A stretch of DNA of 64,000 nt, taken from the NCBI RefSeq assembly GCF_009914755.1, contig NC_060927.1. One strand, written 5' to 3'. Source of the DNA: the human T2T-CHM13v2.0 reference genome, Homo sapiens. A program made the translations under genes and the position numbers. Below, one piece after another: positions 1 to 16,135 of this stretch. Position 1 is the stretch's first letter. Each line of letters opens with the position of its first letter. Below the pieces are notes generated by a model. The model had not been told where the DNA came from. It saw nothing but the letters and a program-made list of their open reading frames with translations, and did not search any database.

Positions 1-123
1 GCTCAGTTTCCATTATTTCTAACTGAAGACAGATGACACTGTGAATTAAATTAACCCAATCAAAAAAAATTTACACATTTTACAAAGGAAAAGCATTAAG
101 ACAAATGTAAGATACATGCAATG

Positions 124-150
124 CACACGCACGCACACACACACACACAC
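124..150. repeat. Interrupted (CA)n microsatellite
   Basis: cacacgcacgcacacacacacacacac. Confidence 0.85.
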
Positions 151-392
151 TCCCTTATCCCCACTTTGCCCTTGCTTCAGAGAACTGTCACACTGCTTCC
201 CACTTCAAAGCAACAAATACCTAACTGATGCTTTTGGAAGATCTGCTAATTATTAACTTTTGCCCATAGGCAAAATTATCTTTATCAGTGTCTCTCCCAT
301 TTATCCTTAGCCATTTCTTATATTCTATTACATCCTAATCTCACTGCATGGTATAATACTTCACTTTAAAGTGTGGGCTATGTCACAATGCC

Positions 393-650
393 ATAGGTCT
401 CAACCTTGAGTGTGTATCCAAATCCCATGGAGAGTTTGTTAAAACTTGCTGAACCCATCCCTAGGGTTAAACTAAACAGCTCTGGGGTTAGGTCCCTAGA
501 ATTTACATTTCCACACTGAATACAGAGGCAGATATATGAGAATTGAACTGAATTTTATTAAGCCAGACATTAAAGAGATTTATAAAAATGTAAAGCGATG
601 CAACTCTTTTCACTAAAAAAAAAAAAAAAATTTAAATAATCATTTTCCAA
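393..650. mobile_element. MER5A and Charlie1-like hAT fragments
   Basis: MER5-like GAGAGTTTGTTAAAAC...AGAATTTACATTTC, followed by Charlie1-like TATTAAGCCAGACATTAAAGAGATTT. Confidence 0.5.
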
Positions 651-1000
651 GGCCAGGCACAGTGGTTTATGTCTGTAATCCCAGTGCTTTGGGAAGTTGA
701 GGCAGGAGGATTGCTTCAGGTCAGAAGTGAGACCAGCCTGGGCAACACAGCAAGACCCTGTCTCTACAAAAAATTTAAAAATAAGCCAGGCATGGTGGCA
801 TGTGCCTGTAGTTCCAGCACCTCAGGAGACTGAGGTGGGAGGACTGCTTGAGCCCAGCAGTTCAAGGCTGCTGTAAGCTATCATCATGCCACTGCACCCC
901 AGGCTGGGCAACAGAGCAAGACCCTGACTCAAAAAAAAAAAAGTTATTTTTCATAATACCATGTTATTTTTATCAATAAGTAATGGGCTTACTATTGTTA

Positions 1001-1176
1001 CAGTTAAGTCCTCACTTAAAGTCATCAACAGGTTCTTTGAAACTGCAACTTACAAAAGCAAAACAACATACAAGGAAACCAATTTTACCATAGGCTAACT
1101 GATACTAAACAATAGTTAAGTTCCTATGGCAGATTTCTGGCCACAAAACATCAACAAACTTCTAAATAAAGACCAA
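1001..1176 (+). mobile_element. MER82-like Tigger element, truncated on the right
   Basis: TA|CAGTTAAGTCCTCACTTAA...AGGTTCTTTGAAACTGCAACT resembles the recalled MER82 end. Confidence 0.55.
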
Positions 1177-1599
1177 GATGGGCTGGGTGTAGTGGTTCAT
1201 GCCTGTAATCCCAACGCTCTGGGAGGCCAATCTGGGCCAACACTCAAGTGATTCTCTGTTTTAGCCTTCGGTCTGAGCCCTTGGAGCAGCTGTAACTAGA
1301 TGCATGCAAAACCATGCCCGGTTAATTTTTTTTTGTTTTTGTAGAGATGAGGTCTCACTATGTTGCCCAGGCTGGCCTCCTTTGGCTTCAAATGATTCTC
1401 CCACTTGGCCCTAATGTGGTTTTAAACAGACATTCTAAATTTCTCAGTTGTGATTTTTAATATGATTAAGTATAAGTAATTATAACCCACATAACCTATA
1501 TAAGCAAAAGCACTTTGGGGCCAGGCACGGTGGCTCACACCTATAATACCAGTACTTTGGGAGGCTGAGGCACATGGATTGCTTGAGGCCAGGAGTTCA

Positions 1600-1845
<246 letters not shown>

Positions 1846-2054
1846 CTAAGAGTTGTAATCTAAAACACACTACGTTTATCTTTACATATATATATGTAAA
1901 TTCCTCTCTCTTCCATGTTTTTATTTTCTACCTTGTCATGCAACAGTAACTTCCACGCTTTTTGAAAACAAATAGACACTATTTATACTGCTCTGCCCCT
2001 CATTTTTGTCGCTTAATATATTTTAGAAATCAGTCGGCAGGACACGGTGGCTCA

Positions 2055-2315
<261 letters not shown>

Positions 2316-2386
2316 TCAAATCAGTATCAATGGCTCCTTCAAACCTAACAGATCTGTTTCAAGGCAAACATATCCAAGCTGCTTAC

Positions 2387-2510
2387 CTCATCATTCTTCA
2401 GGGCCATGAAATAGTAATGGATGTTTTTGTTTCGTGCATACTCCTTCACTCGAGCTTTAAACTCTTTATGATCGAGTACCTCTCCACAATATTCTAGGAC
2501 AAAGGTGTTC
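2387..2510 (-). CDS. SETD2: SETD2 exon 6 (aa 1572-1613), SET domain (NTFVLEYCGEV...HYYFMALKNDE)
   Basis: cag|G AAC ACC TTT ... GAT GAG|gtaagc; 124 nt; contains the SET motif EYxGEV. Translated by hand. Confidence 0.96.
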
Positions 2511-2884
2511 CTGCAAACCAAAAGGAAAAAAATAGCACTTCCTACCTAGGAGCAGTAGGGAAAACATATATGCTCAGGCAAAAATAAGGAATTTAAATAA
2601 ATACTGCAATGTGGATAAATTCAGTTATTACACAAAATAAATTTCAAACACATGTCAAGTATCTAGCTTCTAACCAAGGTTACTTTTCTCCTTCACAGTA
2701 CTTTTCAAAGAATGTTGATTCTAAGATGCTTTTATAATTTATACCTACTACCAAAATATATATCCTTTAACTAGATACTAAATCATTCAAGTCTGGCTTA
2801 CAATATCAAAAAAAGTTATTAACAGCTGGAAAACAGCTCTGAAGAAATCAAGAGACACTGAAAAGTTAGAGGATTTTTGCTCTA

Positions 2885-3278
<394 letters not shown>

Positions 3279-5857
3279 CTAAAAATGTTAAAGATCAAAT
3301 CTAATTCCCTTTATGTAATGACATTCTCTTTGACGTCTCTTTAGAATGTTATCAGTAATTGTTATTTATCTTCTTCTTTGGCATCTTTCAGTTACCCTTT
3401 ATCTTTGAATGTTCTTTTCTTGATTATTTACCTATTTATTCTGAACTGAAGATATTAAATTATCAGTCTTTTCCCCTTCTCTTAATTCTCTAAAAGCTCA
3501 TTCTAACCAATGACTTCAACTATTAGTTCTATGTAGACAAATGTTATACTATGTTTTACTCTGAAGTTCTGACATAAAATGGCCTGCCTGAAAGTCTTTT
3601 CTTATCCCCTCAAAATAAACATACCCTAATTCTAATGAAAGAAATTTTTTTAATGTAAATCTTTTGTATTTGTTTACAACATACTGGCATAATCAATGTA
3701 CTTATTAAAGGAGTTAACTTCGCCAACTGAAAAAAATTAAATCCTTTTACTTTAAAAAATAAAGCAATTAAAAACAAATGAGAAAAGAACACATATATTA
3801 AAAAGCAGAGCTCAAAAACAGGATTGGAGAAGTTTATAGTGGATGTATATATATATTTATATAGTAGTCCATCACAAACACATTTAGGTCTCAATAATAA
3901 AAATCTGATTATTCATGGGTAAACCTAGAAAGTCAAATTATTACCTCTATAACCAATATTTGAAATGTCCTTTCTAACCCCAGAAGCTTATCATCTTGCA
4001 AATAATTTAAAATGATGACAAAATTTGAGGTCCTACAATGTTGGACTCTCCACTTCCAGGATTAGTGCCCTCCCTCAAGAAAAAGAAAAGTCACTTTGGG
4101 TGGCGGGGGGGGGTGGCAGGATTGCTTTGGCCCAGGAGTTCAAGACCAGCCTGAAAAACACAGGAAGACCTCATCTTGACAAACAATAAAAAATTAAAAA
4201 ATTAGCCGGCCATGGTATTATGTGCCTATAGTCCACTACACCAGTTGAAAGCCTGGGGCAGGAGAATTGCTTGAGCCCTGAGTTTGAATCTACAATGAGC
4301 TACAATCACATTACTGCACTCTAGGCTAGGTGACAGAGCAAGACCCCATTGCATTAAAAAAGAAAAAAAAGCTGGGCACAGTGGCTCAAGTCTGTAATTC
4401 CAGCACTTTGGGAGGCCGAGGTGGGTAGATCACTTAAGCCTGGGAGTTTCCGACCAGCTGGGCAACATGGTGAAATCCCGTCTCTACCAAAATAAATAAA
4501 TTTTAAAAAATGTTTTAAAACATTTTTTAAAAACTTAAAAAAGAGAGAAAAAGAAAAATGACATCATGGACTGCCTTGTGAATTAAATGTGGTGACTACA
4601 AAACATATATTATCCAGGATCTGGAACTGCACACATAAAAAATATTTCCAATCCCTCTTCTGCCAAAAATCTATCTTCCCTAAACTTACTCATTTAAGGC
4701 TTGATTACCTGCTTTTGAAAGGTAGTATGAAAAATAAAAATAAAGCATATTGATGTCATCTGGCATCGATATTATGCCCATTTGACAAATAAGACAGAGT
4801 TTGGATAATGTAGGTGATCTATCCAACTTCATAAAGCTCAATTACAGCCTGGGATTCAAACTCCACCTAAATAACTATTTACCTCATTATATTATAAAGA
4901 TGCTTTCTTGAATTTTACTAAAATATTCAATTCTAATGATATTACTCTCAAATCACCTTATTTAGAAAAAGTTCTTAAATATCAGAGCCTGACCAGCCAG
5001 TAAATCACTCAGAGTAGAGACCCCACATCAGGAAGTTGGAAGGATATACCAACACACATGGATCTAACAGTTTGAGCTTGAGGAAGCAGCTGAGAGAAGC
5101 ATCTCAAAGTCCTCAGGAATTTGGGGAATGTAGGAAGAGTGGCTAGACCCTCCAGCTGCCTGACCTCCAAAAAACTAAATGAGGCCAGTGTAAAAGTCTA
5201 TCATGCAGTCCTTAAAACTCTAAGATTTAGGTTTCTTAGAGAAGCTACGTGTCTCAATTAAAAACCAAAATAAAAACAAAAACAAAGCAGAAAACATCAT
5301 ATTGCCTGGCATGCAGTGACTAAATCCCATGAAGGCAAAGGCAATGAGAAGTGTGATTCTTATGATTCTTATTAATCTTTTTCTAAGCCTGAAATTTGCT
5401 CCTGGCTGAATAGGGTCACTTCATTGAACTCCTTCTCCTTAAAGCCTGTTCAGGGCAACAGGGCTCTACTATGGCAGGTGGGTGGGGACAGAAATTGTCA
5501 CTGTCACTGCAAAGCTATGGAAGGTTTAGGGGTTAAGGGTAACGTCTGCAACTCCCTTTAAGCTTCATCAAAAAAAGACTGATAGATAAAAAAGAGACGG
5601 GCAGACAGAGAATGTAAAATAAAGCAAACAGAACAAAATGTTAATAACTATAAAACCTAAGTGGTGCTTACATGGACACTAACTGTTCAACTCTTTCAAC
5701 TTTTCTGTAAGTTTGAAACTTTTTATTAATAAAACGGGCCAGGGGTGGTGGCTCACGCCTGTAATACCAGAACTTTGGAAAGCCAAGGTGAGAGGATCAC
5801 TGGAGCTTAGGAGTTCGAGACCAACCTGGGCAACACGGCAAAACCCTGTCTCTACTA

Positions 5858-6058
<201 letters not shown>

Positions 6059-6248
6059 CTAAAAAAGCCTCATTTCGGCCAGCCACGGTGGCTTACCCCT
6101 GTAATTACAGCACTTTGGGAAGCCAAGCCAGGCGGATCACCTGTAGTCAGGAGTTCGAGACCAGCTGGGCCAACATGGTGAAACCCCCTCTCTACTAAAA
6201 ATAGAAAAATTAGCTGGGCATGGTGGCGCACACCTGTAATCCCAGCTA

Positions 6249-6356
<108 letters not shown>

Positions 6357-6383
6357 TCAAAAAAAAAAAAAAAAGCCTCATTT

Positions 6384-6817
6384 GCCCAAATGTCCATCAA
6401 CTAACAAAAGGATATACAAAATATCGTATACCCATACAAGAGAGTATTATTCAGCCATAAATAGGAATTAAGTGCTGACACATGCTGCAATACAGATGAA
6501 ACCTCAAAAACATAATGCTAAGTGAAAGAAGCCAGACACAAAAGGCCACATATTGTATAATTTCATTTATACGAAATACCGAGAATAGATCAACCCACAG
6601 AAACAGACAGCAAATTAGTGGCTGCCAGGCCTGGGAGGAGGCAGGTATGAGAAGATTCTGCTTAACAGGCAGAGTTAGTTCCCTTTTCAGATGATGAAAA
6701 TGTTTTGGACACAGACAAAAGTGGCAGTTGCACAAGATTATGAATGCACTAAATGGTACTGAATTGTAAACTTTAAAATGGTCAATATTATATTATGTGA
6801 ATTTTACCTCAATTAAA
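6384..6817 (+). mobile_element. L1MB-type LINE-1 3' end fragment
   Basis: CCCAAATGTCCATCAAC...ATGCTAAGTGAAAGAAGCCAGACACAAAAGGCCACATATTGTA, typical of the L1M 3' region. Confidence 0.85.
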
Positions 6818-7449
6818 ACCCTATCTGGTATCCAATTACATTAAGTCAACCTGGACTGCCTTCTCTTCCTACAACTGGGAGATTTCCTAAAACTACAGGG
6901 GTTTTGGTAATAACCTGCTTTTTTGGTGGGGTCTGCCATGGCACTTTAACACTAACTAGTAACTTAGCTCCAAATAATTTCTCATCCTGTGTAGCTCTGA
7001 CAATCTGTCCTTATTAAATGGTAATACTCTACCAGTAAACAACGCAAGAGTTTTGACTAGTTTATGAAATTCATAAACTATTGGTATTACACATCATCAT
7101 GTGGCAGTTATAGGAGTAGGAAGGTATGGGAAACATGGAAACATTAAGTCCTAGTATATTTTACCAAAGCAGGGTTCTCTGTGAATAGCTGAAGAAAACG
7201 GAAGAGCTTTAGGAAATTTTAACCTGGCTTATAAACTGGAGCCATATATCCTTTCCTCCCTTCCCCAGTCTCCTTTCCCCTTAATATGAGAAGAGCACTG
7301 AGCTATCAAAGAGTGTCTGTTGCAAGTAACAGAATTTAGATCAGGTTTGAAGCTATGTGTTTTACTGCAGATACCACAAAAGACCAGCATCCAGACAGCT
7401 CATCCACTATTGTCCCTGTAAGAGAGGCTTGTGTCCAAACTGTGGTTCC

Positions 7450-7452
<3 letters not shown>

Positions 7453-7486
<34 letters not shown>
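7453..7486. repeat. A34 homopolymer
   Basis: 34 consecutive A, not attached to an Alu body. Confidence 0.9.
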
Positions 7487-7489
<3 letters not shown>

Positions 7490-8489
7490 CAAGAAGGCCT
7501 GGCTGGCTAGGGCAGAATGAAAGAAGGCATCTTTGAAAATGTGCGTCTGGACTAGAACTAGTGATTTTGGAAATTCAATGGGCTGCTTTGAGAGGTATTG
7601 AGTTCTGTATCAACAGTGTTCAAAGGAAGTGTAACCAATTATTTGTTTAAAATATTATAAAGAATCCAATGAATGGATATGGGGCATATGACAATTCTGT
7701 GGGATATTTGCTTCAAATAAACAATTAAAAACCAGTTATGAGAAGCCTAGGCAACATAGTGAGGACCCCATCTCTACAAAAAATAGAAAAATAAAGTAGC
7801 TGGGCATACTGGCTCACACTTATAGTCTCAGCTACTCAGAAGGCTGAGGCAGGAGGATAAATTGAGCCTGGGAGGTTGACACTGCAGTGAGCTATGATTG
7901 CGCCAGGATACTCCAGCGAGGGTGACAGGGCAAGACCCTGTCTCAAAAAAATAAAAAACAATAAAAACCAGTTATGAGCCAGGGTGTGTTTTTACAAAAC
8001 TTAGAGGAGAAGAGAAATCTATGAGGTTCCTACTAGCCCCCTTTTTGTGTAACAAAACATGTTGCTTTCTGATTGGTTCCCAAAAGGATAGATTAATATC
8101 AACATCATTTCTTATCTTCAAAGGAAAAAAAAAAAAAGAACAATTTGCTTATCAAAAGATATATGAGGATTCCTGTCATAAAACTAAATTATTGCCAAGG
8201 GGAAAACAGTGAGAAAAAAAAATTATTGTCTTTATTACCTGTGTTTTGAATTCCCACAATAAACAGATTAAACCCCACCAAGTCCTGCCCCAACTCCAAC
8301 TCCCATCCAACTGTGGCCATATGCTCAGAGGGTTCTGAAAGAATAGTTATGTCTAAGTTACTAGAATCCAGCAAATGTTTTATTTCCTTCCATTTTTTCT
8401 TTTATATATTTTTTAAATGTTTCAACCATAAACACATGTAATCTGTTTATATTTAACTTCAAAGAGGCACTTGACCTTCATTAAGAATA

Positions 8490-9273
<784 letters not shown>

Positions 9274-10000
9274 TAAATATGCTATATATAAGAAAATTAA
9301 ACATTTCCAGGAAATACTGAATATGGTAGAAAATAAAGTGAACCTTTTGCTGTATTACATTAAAAACTTACATCAGTTACATGGAAAGCAACATTTATTC
9401 ATTCAAGAAATGTTTAATGATTATCTATCAAGTATGTTTTAATTCTTAACCTTGATATGCTCAGGTATTCTCTTCTACTCTTTTTTTTTTTTCTTTAAGA
9501 GACAAGAGATCACTGCCATCCAGGCTAGAATGCAGGGGCGTGATCACAGCTCACTGTAACCTTGAACTCCCAGGCTCAAGCAGTCCTCCCACTTAGCTTC
9601 CCATAGCGCTGAGATTACAAGCATGAGCCACTGCACCTGGCCTTCTCTTCTACTCTTATCCCAACTCAATTTTATGTATACTAATGGATTCTGTCCCAAC
9701 TTCTTTTTATATAGCTTCATAGAGATTCTGGGGGTCCACAGTAAACACTTGGTAGTTGCTTGGAATTAAAGAAAACATAATTACCAAAAAAGAAAAAAAG
9801 ATTTTTTAACAACAAACTAGCTACCAAGTGGTCATTCTACATAATAATCATCATTAAACCTCAGTGTAATAAAGAAATTGTTTCCCTACAAAAACATCTA
9901 AGTTCAACAACACAAAAATGAAGTGAAGCCCAGGCGCGACGGCTCACACCTGTAATCCCAGCACTTTGGGATGCCAAGGTGGGCGGAAAACTTGCGGTCA

Positions 10001-10379
<379 letters not shown>

Positions 10380-10961
10380 CTGAAATGAGAAAAGGAGGAA
10401 ATTTAATTCTTTAAAGCAGCAAAAGAACCAAAGTAACTTTGAAAAAATGTGTTAGTATAACTACATATATACATACTTTTATGGTATAATTAGCATATGT
10501 ATGACTAACCCCCAACTAAGTCTTCCTTTCCTTCCATCACAAAGGGATTCCTTAGAACTGAGTATCTACATTGTTACTTAAACAGATCATACCCACAATA
10601 CAGCCTTGATATCTGGTCATCACAGAAATATCTACCACTCCCTAGGTGTCTAGAATACATTTTCAGGCTGCATGTAAGCTTTCAGTACATTGACAACTCT
10701 GCAGAACTTATATTCTGTAAGTGCACCTTCCCTTCCTTCTACTCTAATCACTTTTAATTTCATTTTTTGAATGCAGCTAACTACTTGATCTACAATTGAG
10801 AAAATCTAAAGTCATTATTAAATATATCCTTGTTCAGAGTAAACAGAATAACATGGCATGGCTCTTCTCCCATGGATCCTAGAGTAAAAATGATAAAATC
10901 GAACACTGATTGACTTCTTAATATGTGATAGATATAAAGGTTTTAACGATGATTAAAACTA

Positions 10962-11292
<331 letters not shown>

Positions 11293-12997
11293 TCATTTTG
11301 AATATATTATTATTTATTGCCCACCCAGCAGCAAATAACATTTTTAGCAATGGTCAAAGGATGAAGGATTTGCTCTAGAGTGAGGCAGTATAAAGGAAAG
11401 CTTTCAGGAGGGAAGAGAATTTAAGGCAGAATCTCTAATGATACATAGGATATGCATAAAGAAAGCTGGAGATACAACTGTCCCTGTCTGTGTGCAGAAA
11501 TAGGAAAACAATCCCTGTTTGGACAAAGAGAAATGAAACAACTAAAGATAACTGATAAGAAAGGTGAGTTGCTGGAGGATGAAAAGACAGGCTGATGATA
11601 TGCTACCAAGGGCTCTGAATACAAGGCTAAGTTTGAACCTAATCATGAGAACAACCGAGAACTACCAAAAGCTTAAGTGTGTGAATAATATGAAGAAATA
11701 TTTTTCTTCATGTATGCTTCACAAGGTTGGCAGGAAAACCCAGAAGAATGACTAGGGCAACAATATGAAGTTAGAATAATGCTAACTCTATGTCTTCTCT
11801 TCTTACATCTGTACTGTCATCTCTCTCTCTAGTTTGGATAAAAGAATACCAAAAATCCTTTCTCTTTATTTTTTCAAGGTATATATATTTTATTTTTGCA
11901 ACACTATAACATGAGCAAAACCAAAAACTGAGCTTTGGGGAAAAAAAACCTTCACTAACATCAAAAATAAGGTATACTCTTTCCATGTAAAAGACAAGAA
12001 TATATTTTTCATCAATCAGATTGGTTAAAAAAATTTTTTTGAGACAACATCTCGCTCTGTCACCCAGGCTGGAGTATAGTGGAATGACAGCTCACTGCAA
12101 GCTCCACCTCCTGGGTTCAAGTGCTTCTCCTGCCTCAGCCTCCAGAGTAGCTGGGATTACAGGTGTGTGTCATCATGCCTGGCTAATTTTTGTATTTTTT
12201 AGTAGAGATGGGGTTTCACCATGTTGGCCAGGCTGATCCTAAACTCCTGGCCTCAAGTGATCTGCCCGCCTCAGCCTCCCAAATAGCTGGGATTACAGGC
12301 ATGAGCCACTACGCCTGGCCAAAATTAAATTTTTTAATGTAAAGATATTTACTATTTATAAGAACAATACAGAAGCAAATGTCTGTCAACAGACTAATTA
12401 CCGGCTAACTATGAATAGAATACATAATGCAGTCAAGAGAAAGATTTAGGCAGGTCTGTACACAGAGCTCTGATTAGGTCTGATTAGCAAATCCAAGCAA
12501 GTATATAGAATAAGATTTTATCTGTATACATAAAAAGAGGAAAACATCTACCTATGCTAGCATAGGCATTAAAAGTTTTCTGGAAAAATGACAAAACAAT
12601 GGGACTGATGTTTGGGAGAAGACATTCACTTTATGCATTTCTGAAATGTTAGGGTTTTATTTCACTTTATAGTGAAAGCTAAAAAATACCAACATTTACC
12701 TCTAGGACATAAATATTATAAAAGATAAAAAAGTACTGAATAGAAATTAATATTATAGGACTACTTTACCAAGCACTTAAAACATGGTGGGTACTGTAAT
12801 CTAATGCACAATGCAAGGGATATTTGTTTCCCTATTAATATGTTTTCTACTATACATCAAAGTGTCTACTATACTTTTTTGCTTGTAGTCATCCATAGGT
12901 AGGAGAAAGGTTAAATTTTATTCTTCATTGATAATTCAATATTTAGAGACATTTAATAGAAGTGTTGAGCAAAAGCCGAGTATTCTAATTTACTTAC

Positions 12998-13129
12998 CAT
13001 TCAATCATGAGAAGACGATTAAGACAATCTTCCCCACATGCTATTTCACCTTGAGCTCTTTCATCTTTAGAAAGAGGTGTACACTCACACTGCATTCGCT
13101 TAATATCTCGATGAGATTTATTCTTCTTT
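12998..13129 (-). CDS. SETD2: SETD2 exon 4 (aa 1485-1529), Cys-rich AWS domain
   Basis: tag|A AAG AAG AAT ... CECTPL ... CGEDCLNRLLMIE TG|gtaagt; 132 nt, phase 2-2. Confidence 0.96.
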
Positions 13130-14798
13130 CTATTGGGTAAAATTTCATAAAAACTGATTAAATAAATTTCCTGGTAAAGATATAACATATATAATCAAAT
13201 ATGTGCCAAATCTCATTAGATTCTTTTGGGTTTTTTTAAACAGGGTCTTGTTCTGTCACCCAGGCCAGGGTGCAGTGATGCGATCATGGCTCACTGCAGC
13301 CTCAACCTCCTGGATTCAAATGACCCTCCCACTTCCACCTCCTGAATAGCTGGGACCACAGCTCATGCCACCACGCTTGGTTTTTGTTATTGTTGTTGTT
13401 TGTTTGTTCTTTAATATTCTGTAGAGACAGGGTCTCTCTATGTTACTCAAGCTGGTCTTGAACTCCTGGGCTCAAGAAATTCCCCTGCCTCCACTTCCCA
13501 AAGTGCTGCAATCGCAGGCATGATCCACTACGCCTGGCTAGATTCACATTTAATGATTCCTGTAAGTCAACCATTCAAAATAAAACATCTAATTATTAGT
13601 ACTTGTGAGACTGAAAATCCTAAGACCTGCATTACCAAAAAAAAAAAAAACAAAAACAAAACAAAAAAAAACATGAGAAGGGCAACCTTAACCTTGGCAA
13701 ATGGGGAAGATGAGATGAGTTCAAGACTACTCATTCTGGAACTCAGCCCTTATTTCCTACTCCAGGTCAGCTAAGCCTTGGATTCAGAACAGTTTCAAGT
13801 GTTAAAGTCATACTAGGTTCTAGGAAAAATAGGAAAACTCATGCATTTCAAATAGTGACATAGCTGGTTAAAGTTAAGTTTAAGAATCAGACCTCATGGA
13901 TGAGCAAATAATAGTTGAGATATAAGATTGAGGGAGAAAAGGGGTTTCTAAAAAAATAAGAGTGAGTTCTAACTCAATCCAATATTTTAGAGAATCTTTC
14001 AGTAACATCACATCTGCATAAATTTTGTTTAAAAGCAGACTGAATTTTTTAAATGAAGTGTAATTACAGAATAATCAGGTAAATGTTTAAGAGGGCTCAA
14101 CTTTCTCCATGCAGACAGATTTATTTTGGAGAAGAACATAAACTGCTAAAATTTGATTGCGTTCATAATAAGCCATGCCAGAGTGTGCAAAGCAAAAGTG
14201 AAAATGTGATTATTTATTGGCCTTTTTGCTGATGAACTAGTCTTTTACCCTGGTCTAAAAACAAAACAAAACAACCAAAGATGGTCAAAAAAGATCTGTT
14301 ATGTTTAAGATTAGGGAACTATAAGAACTATAACTCACTCTTTGACTATCAAACAGGAAACAGCATAGCTGCTCTAAATGGTTATCTAATCTCCTACCTC
14401 TAATCTGCTTTGATCTTCAACATATGTTCTATTCTAGTGCCAATTTTATGAAGTGCCTCAAGAGTGTTATGATAGTTTTAACTAAGTTTAGGTGAAAAGA
14501 ATGATTCCTCTTGATTAAAGACACAATTCGTTAATGAGTATATGAATATGCTTAGCCTGAAGATGACTAAACGAAATTATCTATTTAGAAGTACTTAGCT
14601 ACAATTTTGAAGAATCAGCAGCAGCTTTATTTTGTATTGCTCTAGAAGGCTGGAATAGGACGAATGGGCATAGATTTTGGCAGGTAAGCCCTTTTCCATT
14701 AAACATAAGAAAAATGTTTTCATTATATTCATATTATTTTTTATAAGAGTTTGTCTTCTTAGTGGCTCCTAAATGCCTAGCATATAACAGGCACTTCA

Positions 14799-15176
<378 letters not shown>

Positions 15177-15827
15177 TCAGAGAATTGGACTGATTAGTTT
15201 TATTTATATTCTTTTACAAAGATCTTGTAAGTTCCATTAGTCTACTCACACAATTCCTAAAGGGTACTACTTAAAATATTGAATATTTTAAATGTAAACT
15301 TAATTTATAACTAGATATAAATGAAAATAGCTGTAAAAGGCTCTCTGTTAAAAGGTTATTTTGTAATAGAAAAAAATTTCTGGTAGGACCTACCTTTAAA
15401 ATTAAGTCTTTTACCTTATACACAGAGGAAAATTTGATTTAATAACATTTTGATCCTTAAAGATACAATGGCTAGGTTGATTCTCAACTAGCAGGAAAAC
15501 TTCCAAAAAAGGAGAGTAAGGGGGCAGGATACTTTTTGTTTTGGTTTTTTAAGCACAATCAATATAAATTTACATCAGGAAAATGAGAAAATTATCAAGG
15601 AGGGGTTAAAGTTAAAACAGACTGAGAAGCCCTGCTCTAGAGGACTATGTTTTCATTACTCTTATTCTCATTATAATTTGTTTCATGTTAGGGATTTTTT
15701 GATAAACCACTTTATCATTTCTAAAATATTTATTACACTATTGCCAGATTTAATCTATTAACAATAGTCTAAAAAAAAATGAGAGAAGAAAATTATGTTC
15801 TAGTCTAGTTCTAACTTTATAAGTACC

Positions 15828-16135
15828 TGATATGGTTTGGCTGTTTCCCCACCCAAACTCAACTTGAGGAGGTAACTGAATCATGGGGGCCGGCCTTTCT
15901 CGTGTTATTCTTGTGATGGTGATTAAGTCACACAAGATCTGATGGGTTTATCAAGGGTTTTCACTTTTGCTTCTTCCTCTTTTTCTCTTGCCACCACCAT
16001 GTAAGAAGTGCCTTTTGCCTCCTGCCGCAATTCTGAGGCCTCCCCAGCCATGTGGAACTGCAAGTCCAATTAAACCTCTTTTTCTTCCCAGTCTCGGGCA
16101 TGTCTTTATCAGCAGCATGAAAACGGACTAATACA
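15828..16135 (+). mobile_element. THE1-family (ERVL-MaLR) solo LTR
   Basis: TGATATGGTTTGGCTGT...AAACGGACTAATACA termini; perfect 5-bp target-site duplication GTACC (15823-15827 / 16136-16140). Confidence 0.9.
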
